Shown in pieces: positions 16,197 through 28,884 of a stretch of 35,502 nt of DNA. Numbering within the stretch: position 1 is the stretch's first letter; each line of letters begins with the position of its first letter. Where the stretch lies: positions 1 through 35,502 of the forward strand of contig JBIHZT010000001.1 of NCBI GenBank assembly GCA_044240265.1, written 5' to 3'. This stretch comes from Luteolibacter sp. GTDB taxonomy: Bacteria; Verrucomicrobiota; Verrucomicrobiia; Verrucomicrobiales; Akkermansiaceae. Both the position numbers and the translations under genes were made by a program. The notes under the pieces were generated by a model that worked only from the letters and a program-made list of their open reading frames with translations, was not told the DNA's origin and made no database searches.

Positions 16197-19100
16197 TCAG
16201 GGTTTCACGACTTGCAGGCGGCCGAAGAGCTTGCCTGAGCCGCCGGCTTCGGTTTTCGGAATGCTGACCTTCACTGTGTCGGTGACGGCATCGCTCGGCG
16301 TGCCGGCACTGACGGTGATGGTCGCCACCCCGACCGGACCGCTGGTGGCGGGGATGACGGCGCTGCCAGGCCAGGTGGCGAGGGTGGTGCCCCACTGGAA
16401 GGTCTGGGTGGTTTCCGGTGCGACGGAATCGTCGCGGCGCTGATAGGTGAACTCGAAGTCGGTGGCGGTGACGACGAGGTCCGGCAGGATGGACGAGTCC
16501 GAAATGGAGGGGTTTCCGTTGAGGACGAACTCGAGCAGGTTATCCATGTCGTCGTTGTCCGGATCATCGGACGGATCCTGATCGGCGAGGGCGAGACCGA
16601 AGTCGTCGATCCACGATGCGAAGCCCGCTGCCACGGGACCGGTGGTGACCCGCAGGGTGCCGCCACCGGTGAATCGACCCGACGCGTGGGCACTGGTGTA
16701 ATCGGTCGCAGGCTGCTGGACGCCGTTGATGAAGAGCTTGTCCACGGTGTCGATGCCACCGAAACCGAGGTTGAGGAACGCTCCGGAGGCGATGGAAACG
16801 GTTGAACTCTCGTTGGAGGCATTGACCTGGCTGAGCGAGAGCGTGCCGGTGGAAACGGTCGTGTCGCCGCTGTAGGTGTTCAGTTCCGCGAGGGTCAAGG
16901 TGCCGCCACCGGATTTCGTCAGGCCGCCGGTGCCGGAAACGGGCACGTTGAGGGTGGTGGAGGAGCCGTTGGTGTTCACCACACCGCCGCCGGTTCCGAG
17001 GACGAAACTGCGGCTGCCGCCGGCGGTGGTGAAGAGGTCGGCGATACCTGCGGAGAGCCTGAAGGTTCCGCCATTCTCCAGCGTGATCACGGAGGCCGTG
17101 CTCGCAGGCGTGGTGGCCTCGGGATTGTGGATCCCGGTACCGGTGGTGAAGGTGCCGCCGTCGATCCTCAAATTCGTGCTCGTTCCGGCGGAACCGCTGC
17201 TGCGGAGGGTGAAATCGCTACCGGAAGCATAGGTGAAGCTGCCGCCGGCATTCACCCTGAGGGTGGCGGTATAGCCGCCGAGGGCGTGAACCGTGGCGTC
17301 GCCATTCTGGGTCCAAGCCCCGCCGACGTTTACAGTTCCAGCGCGGCCAACCGTCAGGGTCCCGCTGTTCGCCATGGTGCCATTGGCATTCAGAATCTGC
17401 GACTGGGTGCCGGTAAACGAGGCGGCTCCGAGTTGGATCGAGTTTCCACCCGCCACAGCGGCAAATGACCCGGACCCGAAGGTGGCGGTGGTGGCGGCGG
17501 AACCGAACGTGGTGCCGCTAGAACCCGCGCCCCGCAAGAGGATGCTGCCGGTGGCTCCGGAACTATTGCCGGAAACCGTCAGCGTGCCTTGATCGAGGGT
17601 GATACCGCCGGAATAGGTGTTCGTGCCTGCCAGGTCGAGCCCGCCGGCGCCGCGCTTGCTGATAGGGGTGGTGCCGGTGATCGCTCCGCTGAAGGTGGCG
17701 GCTCCTGCACCGGTGACGGCGATGGAGGCGAAGTCGTTGACCGAGCTGCCGAAGGCCGATGCTCCGGCCCCGGCGAGGGTGAGCGTGCCGGTGCCGGTGA
17801 CCGGGCCACCGAGGGTGAAGGTGCCGGCTCCGGCGAGGGTGAGCGCGTTGGTTCCGGCGTTGAGCGCGTTGAGGGTGCTCACATCGGCGGCGGCGTTCGC
17901 GTTGGTCCAGGATTGGTCGGCGGTGAGGACCACATCCACATCCTGGTTTGCCGCAGCGGAACCCATCACCACCCCGGCGGCGTCGGCGTCCAAAGTTATG
18001 CCGGACAAACCGAGGCTGAGGTCGCTCGACACTCCCCCGCCGGTGAGGGTGAGGACTGCCGGGCTGATGAAGGAGAGGCCGGCGACTGTCTGGTTGCCGC
18101 CGAGTTCCACGGTGTCGGCGGGGATGCCATTGGCACCGAAGATGGGCACGCTGGTCGCGGTGGGCGAGGTGGTCGGATTTGCCGCAGAATTCGTCGGATC
18201 GACGGTCCAGGAGGCGGCGGACGACCAACTGCTTCCGGTGGTGTCCCAGTAATACGGCACCAAATCAGCCAAACTGAGATTGTCGATCAAGCCGTTACCC
18301 GTAATCAGGGCGGACTCGAAATCCGCGCCGAGTTCGGCGATGGAATTCACGCGGCCCCACTTTCCGACGGCCGCTCCGGCCCCATCAATCACAAGCGCTC
18401 CCGACGTATCGGTGCCGACGAAATTCAGATTCAGGGTGGCCCCGGTGGTGAGATTGACTGCGGCGGAGTCGCTGAGTTGGTCGTCATTGGAAAAGGATAG
18501 AGTGCCGGCCTGCACGGATGTGGAACCGGTGAAGGTGTTCAAGGCCCCGCTGAGGGTTTGGGTTCCGATGCCCGACTTGGCGATGGAGACCTTGCTGGTG
18601 CCATCCGCGATGACGCCGCCGAAGGTCTGGGTGGTCGTCCCGTCCAAGGTGAGGGTGGCGTCGATCACCCCATTGTTAGTTACGCTGGCTGCGGGATTGG
18701 TGCTGGTCAGCAGGCCGGTGGTGTTGCTGAAGCCGTTGAGGTCGAGCTGGCCGTATTGGCCGATGCTGACGGTTCCGCTGCCGAGCGCGGTGGTGCTTCC
18801 GGCTTTCAGGGGCAGGACGTACAAAGTGGTGACAGTGCCGCTGGCAGACGGGGAGATGCTCAGACCGCCGGTGAAGCTGTTGATTCCGCCCAAGGTGAGC
18901 GAAGCGCTGCCCGATCCGCCATTGTTGTTGAAGTTGAAGTTCACCTTGCCAGCGCCTGAGATCGGGGCGTTATAGGTGACTACGTCGGCGTTCCCGTGGC
19001 GGAATTGAAGGGTGGCACCGCTGGTGATGGCAACGCTGTGACCGACGCCGGTCGATTCACCGCCAAGGCCGGCATTGCCGTATTGGACGGTTCCCGCCTG

Positions 19101-19979
19101 GATATCCAAGAGACCGGTGTAGGTGTTGGCTCCTGAACTGATCAGCGTGCCGCTTCCGTTCTTCACGAGCGAAGTGGCACCGCCTGTTCCATTGACGAGA
19201 TTGTTGCTGAGTCGTCCGCCGCCGGTGGTCCCAGTAGTGACAGTCAAGGTGCGCGCGCCGCTGCCGGTGTAGGAGATGGTGCCGCCACTGAGGTGAAGCT
19301 GACCGGTGGCAGTGCTGATGTCGAGACTCGCACCTGAGGTGCCGATGGTGAAGCCGCGGGACCACGTGAGTGCTCCGCCAGTGTATTTGAGCGTGCCGCC
19401 GTTGATGACGAGGTTGGCCGCAGAAGCCGCAGCGGCACCGATGCCGCTATTTGCCGCTCCGGCTGCCAAAAGTCCGGTGCTGATCACGCCGCCAGTGATG
19501 CTGGTGACTCCGGTGTAGGTGTTGGCGCTGGGAAGCGTGAGTGTGCCCGCGCCGGTCTTGGCGAGGCCCGCGGTGCCGGAAACGAGGGTGGAAATCGTGG
19601 CGTTGGCGGTGGCGTCGATGGTCGGTGTGGTGCCGGCCAGGTTCAGGGCGGTGCCGCCCGCGATGGTGACGGTGTCGGTGATGCTCAGTCCGTTTGAGTA
19701 AACGGTGCCGCTGACGGCGGGCTCGGCTCCGGCGGTGGCGAAGACCGCGCGGTTGGTGGCTCCGTTGGTGCTATCCCAGGGCGTGCCGGCCACGCCGGAC
19801 CAATTGGTGGCGCTGGTGTCCCAGGTGGCTCCGGCTCCGCCGGTCCAGGTGCCGTCGGCGGCATGGGCGGAACCGGCGAGATGGATCACGGAAACGGCTA
19901 GGCTGGTGACGACGATCCGGAGATTGGCGATGCTCGGGGAATTCGACTGGTTGATTAAGCGGGAGTATTTTGGTTTCAT
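16197..19979 (-). CDS. Secreted PATR beta-helix protein with verrucomicrobial C-terminal domain (1260 aa)
   Basis: Signal peptide ending SAHA, PATR repeats, DPDNDDMDNLLEFVL and terminal FGRLQVVKP. No beta-barrel or catalytic domain is recognised. Confidence 0.9.
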   Translation of the reverse strand: MKPKYSRLINQSNSPSIANLRIVVTSLAVSVIHLAGSAHAADGTWTGGAGATWDTSATNWSGVAGTPWDSTNGATNRAVFATAGAEPAVSGTVYSNGLSITDTVTIAGGTALNLAGTTPTIDATANATISTLVSGTAGLAKTGAGTLTLPSANTYTGVTSITGGVISTGLLAAGAANSGIGAAAASAANLVINGGTLKYTGGALTWSRGFTIGTSGASLDISTATGQLHLSGGTISYTGSGARTLTVTTGTTGGGRLSNNLVNGTGGATSLVKNGSGTLISSGANTYTGLLDIQAGTVQYGNAGLGGESTGVGHSVAITSGATLQFRHGNADVVTYNAPISGAGKVNFNFNNNGGSGSASLTLGGINSFTGGLSISPSASGTVTTLYVLPLKAGSTTALGSGTVSIGQYGQLDLNGFSNTTGLLTSTNPAASVTNNGVIDATLTLDGTTTQTFGGVIADGTSKVSIAKSGIGTQTLSGALNTFTGSTSVQAGTLSFSNDDQLSDSAAVNLTTGATLNLNFVGTDTSGALVIDGAGAAVGKWGRVNSIAELGADFESALITGNGLIDNLSLADLVPYYWDTTGSSWSSAASWTVDPTNSAANPTTSPTATSVPIFGANGIPADTVELGGNQTVAGLSFISPAVLTLTGGGVSSDLSLGLSGITLDADAAGVVMGSAAANQDVDVVLTADQSWTNANAAADVSTLNALNAGTNALTLAGAGTFTLGGPVTGTGTLTLAGAGASAFGSSVNDFASIAVTGAGAATFSGAITGTTPISKRGAGGLDLAGTNTYSGGITLDQGTLTVSGNSSGATGSILLRGAGSSGTTFGSAATTATFGSGSFAAVAGGNSIQLGAASFTGTQSQILNANGTMANSGTLTVGRAGTVNVGGAWTQNGDATVHALGGYTATLRVNAGGSFTYASGSDFTLRSSGSAGTSTNLRIDGGTFTTGTGIHNPEATTPASTASVITLENGGTFRLSAGIADLFTTAGGSRSFVLGTGGGVVNTNGSSTTLNVPVSGTGGLTKSGGGTLTLAELNTYSGDTTVSTGTLSLSQVNASNESSTVSIASGAFLNLGFGGIDTVDKLFINGVQQPATDYTSAHASGRFTGGGTLRVTTGPVAAGFASWIDDFGLALADQDPSDDPDNDDMDNLLEFVLNGNPSISDSSILPDLVVTATDFEFTYQRRDDSVAPETTQTFQWGTTLATWPGSAVIPATSGPVGVATITVSAGTPSDAVTDTVKVSIPKTEAGGSGKLFGRLQVVKP

Positions 19980-20140
19980 GGTTTTTTAGCTTGATGTGGG
20001 ATCTGGTAAATTGAGGGGCGATACAGTCCGCAGGGCATGGAATTGCCTTGCGGGCGGCTCTTGGGTTGGCATTGCAGGGGACGGGCGGAACTCCTTCGCA
20101 AGTTGACGACGAGCTTCTCGATTTTCAGAAATCTGGCTAC

Positions 20141-20156
20141 TGGGCAAAACTGCCCA
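20141..20156. promoter_or_regulatory. Palindromic operator candidate TGGGCA-AAAC-TGCCCA
   Basis: About 160 bp upstream of the PATR gene start at 19979. Same half-sites and spacing as at 12237. Confidence 0.65.
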
Positions 20157-20277
20157 TGGTGTCCGAAACAAGCGCTAGCCCCCGTGAAGTCGAAACGACA
20201 GGATCTCATCCCGCCTTCAGATCTCGGGTTTCGATGATGGCGGTTTATCGAACCACGGGCCATCCAAGCCACCGATG

Positions 20278-23541
<3,264 letters not shown>

Positions 23542-23544
23542 CTA

Positions 23545-23560
23545 TTGGCAGTATTGCCCA
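23545..23560. promoter_or_regulatory. Palindromic operator candidate TTGGCA-GTAT-TGCCCA
   Basis: In the divergent GH2/kinase intergenic region, with one mismatch to the other two copies and the same TG to the right. Confidence 0.6.
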
Positions 23561-23616
23561 TGCGTAAAACTCGACGCCGCTTGCCACCTGCGACGAGGAT
23601 TGGCAAGACTGCGGCC

Positions 23617-26586
23617 GTGAAACCCGTGCTCGCCCGCGTCGCCGTGACATTCCTGTGGATGTCCGGAGCTGCTGCGGCCCTGCCGGACGTCTCAGAAATC
23701 CCGATGCTTTTCCGCAGTTGGACCACGCGCGACGGGTTGCCGCACAACCGCGTCCGAACGGTCACCCGCAGCCACGATGGATTCCTGTGGCTGGCGACCG
23801 ACGCAGGTGTGGCGCGTTTCGACGGCGCGGCCAGCAAGGTGTTCGGTCTGCGGGACGGTCTGCCCGCGCCCACGGTGCTCGCCCTCCACGAGGCTGAGGA
23901 CCATTCACTCTGGTGCGGGACGCTTGGCGGTGGATTGGGCGTGCTCAAAGGCGGCCGGATCGTCCGCACCTACTCGACCGCCGACGGCCTCCCGTCTAAC
24001 TGGATCTCCAACATCGACCGGGGCACGGATGGAAACATCGTCGTCGCTACCCACAGCGGCGTGGTCCGTTTCGCCGAGGGGAAATTCCAACCGATCCCGC
24101 GCGGGGAAGCGGAACGCGAGCCCCAATCCGGCATCCTGACGGATGCGAATGGTGTGAAATGGGGCAGCCTGAACGGCAAGCTGACGCGGAAAGCATCCGG
24201 CGCAGCCTGGCAACTCGATCCTTCCGGCCCACCGGCCATCGACGCCGTCTGGGGGGACGGTCTTGCCGCGATCTGGGCCTATGGCCGAGGCAGGCTTTGG
24301 AAACACAGCGATTCCGGCTGGGAGTCCTGGGAGATTCCGTTCGAGTCGACGAAAACCATCGTGACGGGTGCGGTGACCCGCGACGGAACGGCATGGATCG
24401 CCTTCCGCCGGCGCGGTTTGATCGGCTTTCGCGACGGGCACTTCATCCGGCCGACTCCGGTCCACGGTTTCGACCCGGACATGGTAGAAACCGTCGCGGC
24501 CGTGGACGGTGACCGCGTCTGGCTGACGACGATGAACGGCCTCTATCAAATGACTCCGCCGACGATCGAGTCCTTCGCCGTGAACGACCCCGCCGGGATC
24601 CACGCCTCTAACGACATCGGCTGCCTGGCAGAGGCTGCGCCGGGCGAACTGGTCCTCGCCACCCAGGGCAGTGGTTATTTCCACTGGAAACACGGCGAGG
24701 CGACACGGATTTCCTGCGATCCGGGAGGAAATGATTCGATCATCGGAAACGCGGTGCTCAAGGACCGCGGCGGGTCCATCTGGCTCGGCGGCGGCGGTGG
24801 CGGCAGGCACGTTCTTTATGAAATCCCACCCGGAGGCGTCCCCGTGCCCCGGGATGCCGACCTCGCAGGAGTGCGCGGCGTGTGGACCATCGCGGAATCC
24901 AACAGCGGCCTCTGGGTGGGCACGGGCGAAGGCGGACTGTTTCTGAAATCCGCAGACCACTTCCAGCAAATCCCTTTCAGCGACAGCAAGGAGCCGGTGA
25001 AAGCGATCGTGGAAGACCGCGAAGGCTGCCTGTGGGTCGGCACTCGTGGCAGCGGCCTTCATGTCCGGCGCGACGGCGTTTGGAAACGATACGGCAGGGA
25101 AAGCGGCCTGCTCAGCGAGGACATCCGGGCGGTGTATGAGGATCCCGCGGGCCGCATCTGGGTCGGATCTAACGGCGGCGGTCTCGCCTGCCATGTCGGC
25201 GGGCGTTTCTTCACCGTTACAAGCCGGGAAGGACTGCCCAGCGACACGGTTTCCCAGATCGTGATGGACGATGCGGGTCGGCTCTGGGTCGGCACCCATC
25301 ACGGACTGGCCGTGGTGGAAAGCGACGAACTCGCGCTCATCGCCGCCGGTGCCGCCCCGCACATTCATCCGCGGGTGATCGACCAAACCGACGGCCTGCC
25401 AACTGATGAATTCTCGATTTCCCCGCCGGTGAAAGCCCATGACGGATCTTTCTATCTCGCCACGCTCCGCGGCTTCATCCGCGTCGATCCGGCACAAATC
25501 CAGCGCGACGAGACCCGCCCTCCCGCCTATGTCGCCGGGGTTTCCGCCAATGGCGTGCCCGCCGCGCAATTGAATGGCCCGCAAGAGTTTCCGCCCGGCA
25601 CGGACCGGATCGAAATCGCCTTTTCAGGAATCTACTTCGGCGATCACCGGCAGTTGCGTTTCCGCAGCCGCCTCGCAGACGTGGATTCCGAGTGGACCAC
25701 GGTCGCCGATCAAAGAGTGGCTGAATACCGGCAACTCGCCCCCGGCAGCTACCGCTTCGAGGTCGAGGCCTCGATCGGCAACGGCCTCTGGAGCGCCCGT
25801 CCGGCGGCGGTCGAGTTCTCGATCGCACCGTTTTTCTATCAAACCCTCTGGTTCAAGGGCGCGCTGGGCATGGCGGTGATCGGCATCGCCGCATCGGCCG
25901 CCGCCTTCCGCGAGCGGCGCATCGCCCGCCGCCGGACCGAGGCCATGGAGCGCAAGCAAGCCCTCGACGCCGAGCGCAGCCGCATCGCCCGCGACCTCCA
26001 CGACGACGTCGGCGCGGGACTCACGCAGATCGCGTTGCAAAGCCAGCTCATCGAGCGAAATCTCGCGGATCGGCCCGAGCGCGCCGCTTCATGGCTCGGC
26101 GAGATTTTCACAAACGCCAAGTCGATGACGCGCGCGCTTGACGAGATCGTCTGGGCCGTGAACCCGGAACAGGACACGCTCGAGAACTTCATCTTGTTTC
26201 TCGGCACCCTCATGCAGGATTTCGCCGAGGCCTCCGGGTTGCGCAGTCGCTTCGATGTCCCGGAAACCATTCCCGAAATGCCCATGCCCGCCGCCGTCAG
26301 GCATCACCTCTATCTGGCAGCCAAGGAGATCCTCCACAACGTGGTCAAGCATGCGGAAGCCAGCCAAGTGACCCTCCGGGTGCGGATGGATAATGACTGC
26401 CTGTCCATCACCATCAGCGACGACGGCAAGGGCTTCGTGGAAACGCCCGGCGGCCCCGGTGCCGATGGACTCGGCAACATGCGCAGCCGCCTCGAACAGA
26501 TCCACGGCACCTGCACCCGAACCAGCCACCAGGGTGCCGGCGCTTCCATAAACCTCAGCGTACCGATGTCCCGGATGCATGCTTGA
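23617..26586 (+). CDS. Sensor histidine kinase with Reg_prop beta-propellers, Y_Y_Y, HisKA_3 and HATPase_c domains
   Basis: WTTRDGLPHN and DGLPSNWI propeller repeats, YRQLAPGSYRFEV, a TM helix, H-box RIARDLHDDVG, EILHNVVKHA, ISDDGKGF and GLGNMRSR. GTG 23617 gives a signal peptide; 23560 is an alternative start. Confidence 0.9.
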   Translation: MKPVLARVAVTFLWMSGAAAALPDVSEIPMLFRSWTTRDGLPHNRVRTVTRSHDGFLWLATDAGVARFDGAASKVFGLRDGLPAPTVLALHEAEDHSLWCGTLGGGLGVLKGGRIVRTYSTADGLPSNWISNIDRGTDGNIVVATHSGVVRFAEGKFQPIPRGEAEREPQSGILTDANGVKWGSLNGKLTRKASGAAWQLDPSGPPAIDAVWGDGLAAIWAYGRGRLWKHSDSGWESWEIPFESTKTIVTGAVTRDGTAWIAFRRRGLIGFRDGHFIRPTPVHGFDPDMVETVAAVDGDRVWLTTMNGLYQMTPPTIESFAVNDPAGIHASNDIGCLAEAAPGELVLATQGSGYFHWKHGEATRISCDPGGNDSIIGNAVLKDRGGSIWLGGGGGGRHVLYEIPPGGVPVPRDADLAGVRGVWTIAESNSGLWVGTGEGGLFLKSADHFQQIPFSDSKEPVKAIVEDREGCLWVGTRGSGLHVRRDGVWKRYGRESGLLSEDIRAVYEDPAGRIWVGSNGGGLACHVGGRFFTVTSREGLPSDTVSQIVMDDAGRLWVGTHHGLAVVESDELALIAAGAAPHIHPRVIDQTDGLPTDEFSISPPVKAHDGSFYLATLRGFIRVDPAQIQRDETRPPAYVAGVSANGVPAAQLNGPQEFPPGTDRIEIAFSGIYFGDHRQLRFRSRLADVDSEWTTVADQRVAEYRQLAPGSYRFEVEASIGNGLWSARPAAVEFSIAPFFYQTLWFKGALGMAVIGIAASAAAFRERRIARRRTEAMERKQALDAERSRIARDLHDDVGAGLTQIALQSQLIERNLADRPERAASWLGEIFTNAKSMTRALDEIVWAVNPEQDTLENFILFLGTLMQDFAEASGLRSRFDVPETIPEMPMPAAVRHHLYLAAKEILHNVVKHAEASQVTLRVRMDNDCLSITISDDGKGFVETPGGPGADGLGNMRSRLEQIHGTCTRTSHQGAGASINLSVPMSRMHA

Positions 26587-26620
26587 TGAACCCGCCAACC
26601 AGCGAAACAATTCCTTCCTA

Positions 26621-27256
26621 GTGAAAAACGAAACCATCACTGTCGCCATCGTCGAGGATGACTCCGGCATCCGCGACGGCCTCATGACGATCCTGAATGA
26701 GGAGTCCGATCTCGAATGCGTCGGCGAATTCGCCACCGCCGAGGAGGCTTTGCAACAACTGCCCAAGCTTCGGCCCAAAGTCGTCATCATGGACGTCAAT
26801 CTGCCGGGCATGAACGGCATCGAATGCGTGCGCAGGCTCTCCGCTGCCGCCAATCCGCCACAAATCATCATGCTCACCGTGCGCCAGGATTCCGAAGTCA
26901 TCTTCGATTCGCTCGCCGCCGGGGCCTGCGGATATCTGCTCAAGCCGCCCACCGTCCACCAACTCGTCAGCGCCGTGCGCGACGTGTTTTCCGGCGGTGC
27001 GCCGATGACCGCCTCGATCGCCCGCCGCGTCGCCCAGTCGTTTCAAAAGGCCCGCGCCAAAACCCCGGAAACCGAAGCCCTCTCGCCCCGCGAAGTGGAA
27101 GTGCTCGAACTGCTCGTCAAGGGATACGCCTACAAGGAAGTCGCCTACGAACTCGCCATCAGCTACTCGACTGTCCAGCGCCACATCGAGAGCATCTATC
27201 GAAAACTCCACGTCCACTCGCGGACCCACGCCGTGTCGAAATACCTCGGCGCGTGA
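26621..27256 (+). CDS. NarL/LuxR-family response regulator
   Basis: REC domain (IVEDD, MDVNLPG, GYLLK) and HTH LSPREVEVLELLVKG...HIESIYRKLHV. Confidence 0.93.
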   Translation: MKNETITVAIVEDDSGIRDGLMTILNEESDLECVGEFATAEEALQQLPKLRPKVVIMDVNLPGMNGIECVRRLSAAANPPQIIMLTVRQDSEVIFDSLAAGACGYLLKPPTVHQLVSAVRDVFSGGAPMTASIARRVAQSFQKARAKTPETEALSPREVEVLELLVKGYAYKEVAYELAISYSTVQRHIESIYRKLHVHSRTHAVSKYLGA

Positions 27257-27274
27257 CCGGGGGCTTCGATTGAT

Positions 27275-27433
27275 TCCGCCACAACGAAGAATCCAAACGT
27301 GCGCCGCGTCACCCACATTGTGCTCTACGAATACAGGATATGGACCAATACGGAGGGCAAGCCGCTGGATGCCAAGCTCCTTGCGTTTGAGGATCTCGTC
27401 GCGGAAACACCGATGGGAGACGCCGAAGATTGA
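27275..27433 (+). pseudogene. Gene fragment with an SHD1-like motif
   Basis: A frame with no obvious start reads YRIWTNTEGKPLDAKLLAF, like the R-x-W-T-x-x-x-G-x-x-x-x-A-x-L motif common in PVC secreted proteins. Confidence 0.35.
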
Positions 27434-27535
27434 GTCCCAGGAGTTTTCTGAAATTCCGGGCCCGACCCCTTCAAACCGGAGAACCGCAAGCCTGGCGTCT
27501 CCATCGACTCTCTTACTAAACGCTACGAAATCGCC

Positions 27536-28030
27536 ATGACCCTGGCTTGGGGACATCGCGTCAGCATTCAAACGAAAGAGCCTAAATTTATCGGATGTGA
27601 TTTTCATGGCATGCAAGCCGACTGGATCGGCTTTCTGAAAACCAACGAACCGGAGTTTCCGGGCATCACCGGCACCGCACGACTTCTCTGGGCGACATTG
27701 GCGTTCGGCCTTCAGCTGATGGTCAATGTAATGCCACCACCGGCGGGTTGTGTTCTTCACACCGGGCATTGTTTCGCGCTCGCACGCTTCCTCGTCCACC
27801 GCATGCTCAACGCCCGCGCCGTGATGCTGCACAACGCCGAGGACGCCCGCAGGCAACAACGGCAGGAGGCCATTCTCGTCAAGCTCGCTGACGGGCCACA
27901 GCCCCCCCCCGCGGACTCGCACGCCGATTCCACAAGCTCCCTACCCAGCAATGCCGCAATTTGCTCGAACAGCTGAAAATCGCAGGCCGCGTGACCTGCA
28001 TCGACAAGCTGTGACAGCTTGCGGAATCCG
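27536..28030 (+). pseudogene. Frameshifted remnant with a C-terminal winged-helix-like segment
   Basis: The frame ...EAILVKLADGPQPP continues after a C9 run (27902-27910) in another frame as RGLARRFHKLPTQQCRNLLEQLKIAGRV, then an in-frame TGA. Confidence 0.4.
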
Positions 28031-28638
28031 AGGTCCTCGCCACCCAACGCGACCAAGCGCTCGAACGGATGGCCGCCGAGAGACTGATCGATCTCGATGC
28101 CAAGAAGGTGACTGCGGTACCACTGGCCCATTTCATCCAGTCGCTCCACGCGCGACCGGACCTTGGCGAGCCGCAGTATGTCTGTCCAACCATCATGGAG
28201 ATGGCGGATTTCTCGGAGATCACTGACACTCCCACTTTGAAGCAGTTGCTTCAGAGATAAACCCCGAGAGGGAGATGGTCTCGGAGGGAGGCCCGGGGTT
28301 ACGGGCTGTCATCCGCCTTTGAGGGGGACAACCCTTGGAAACATAAGGGCTGCAGATGCCTGGGGGTGCGTTGATTCCGCAAACTGTCATCCAAATCAGC
28401 CGCCTTCCTTCATCACCCCGAAAAACACCCGCTGACAACGCTGACACCACGGCTACAAGCTGCGCAGCCCGCTGCGGGTTGCTGCCTGTCTGCGGGTGGG
28501 GATGTGCCGTCCATTCCATCCACCTTCGAGGAAGGCAGATTAATTTAGACATGCCACATGGGGAACACCTGCTGCTGTTCGGCGCGCGACGTAAAATAAA
28601 GCCGCCCTACTCAACCTCGAACAACAAAGTCATGTGAA

Positions 28639-28660
28639 AAGTGGCCGAGAAGTGGCCAAG
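28639..28660. repeat. Tandem 11-bp repeat AAGTGGCCRAG (possible integrase arm-type sites)
   Basis: AAGTGGCCGAG-AAGTGGCCAAG, about 60 bp from the tRNA 3' end in an AT-rich patch. Confidence 0.5.
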
Positions 28661-28721
28661 ATTGTGTTACTTCGATTTAAATAAATCCGCAACCATCACT
28701 CTTAACTCATTGAAAAAGAAC

Positions 28722-28796
<75 letters not shown>

Positions 28797-28884
28797 TGGG
28801 TTCTTCGAAGGCGAACGCCTCGTCAAGAGGCGAGTTGGTTAATGTCGGGCGGGAGGATTGTCCACCGGAATTTCGTTAAAAATC

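Noticed and set aside
12293-19979. Two adjacent PATR proteins are both exactly 1260 aa
   Set aside because: The sequences are not colinear and the C-termini differ, so this is most likely coincidence.
5665-19979. Calling the PATR proteins type V autotransporters
   Set aside because: No C-terminal beta-barrel is present. They end in PEP-CTERM or the FGRLxV domain.
20029-20052. Fourth operator copy (GGGCA-TGGAAT-TGCCT)
   Set aside because: The spacer is 6 nt rather than 4. It is better read as a leader hairpin.
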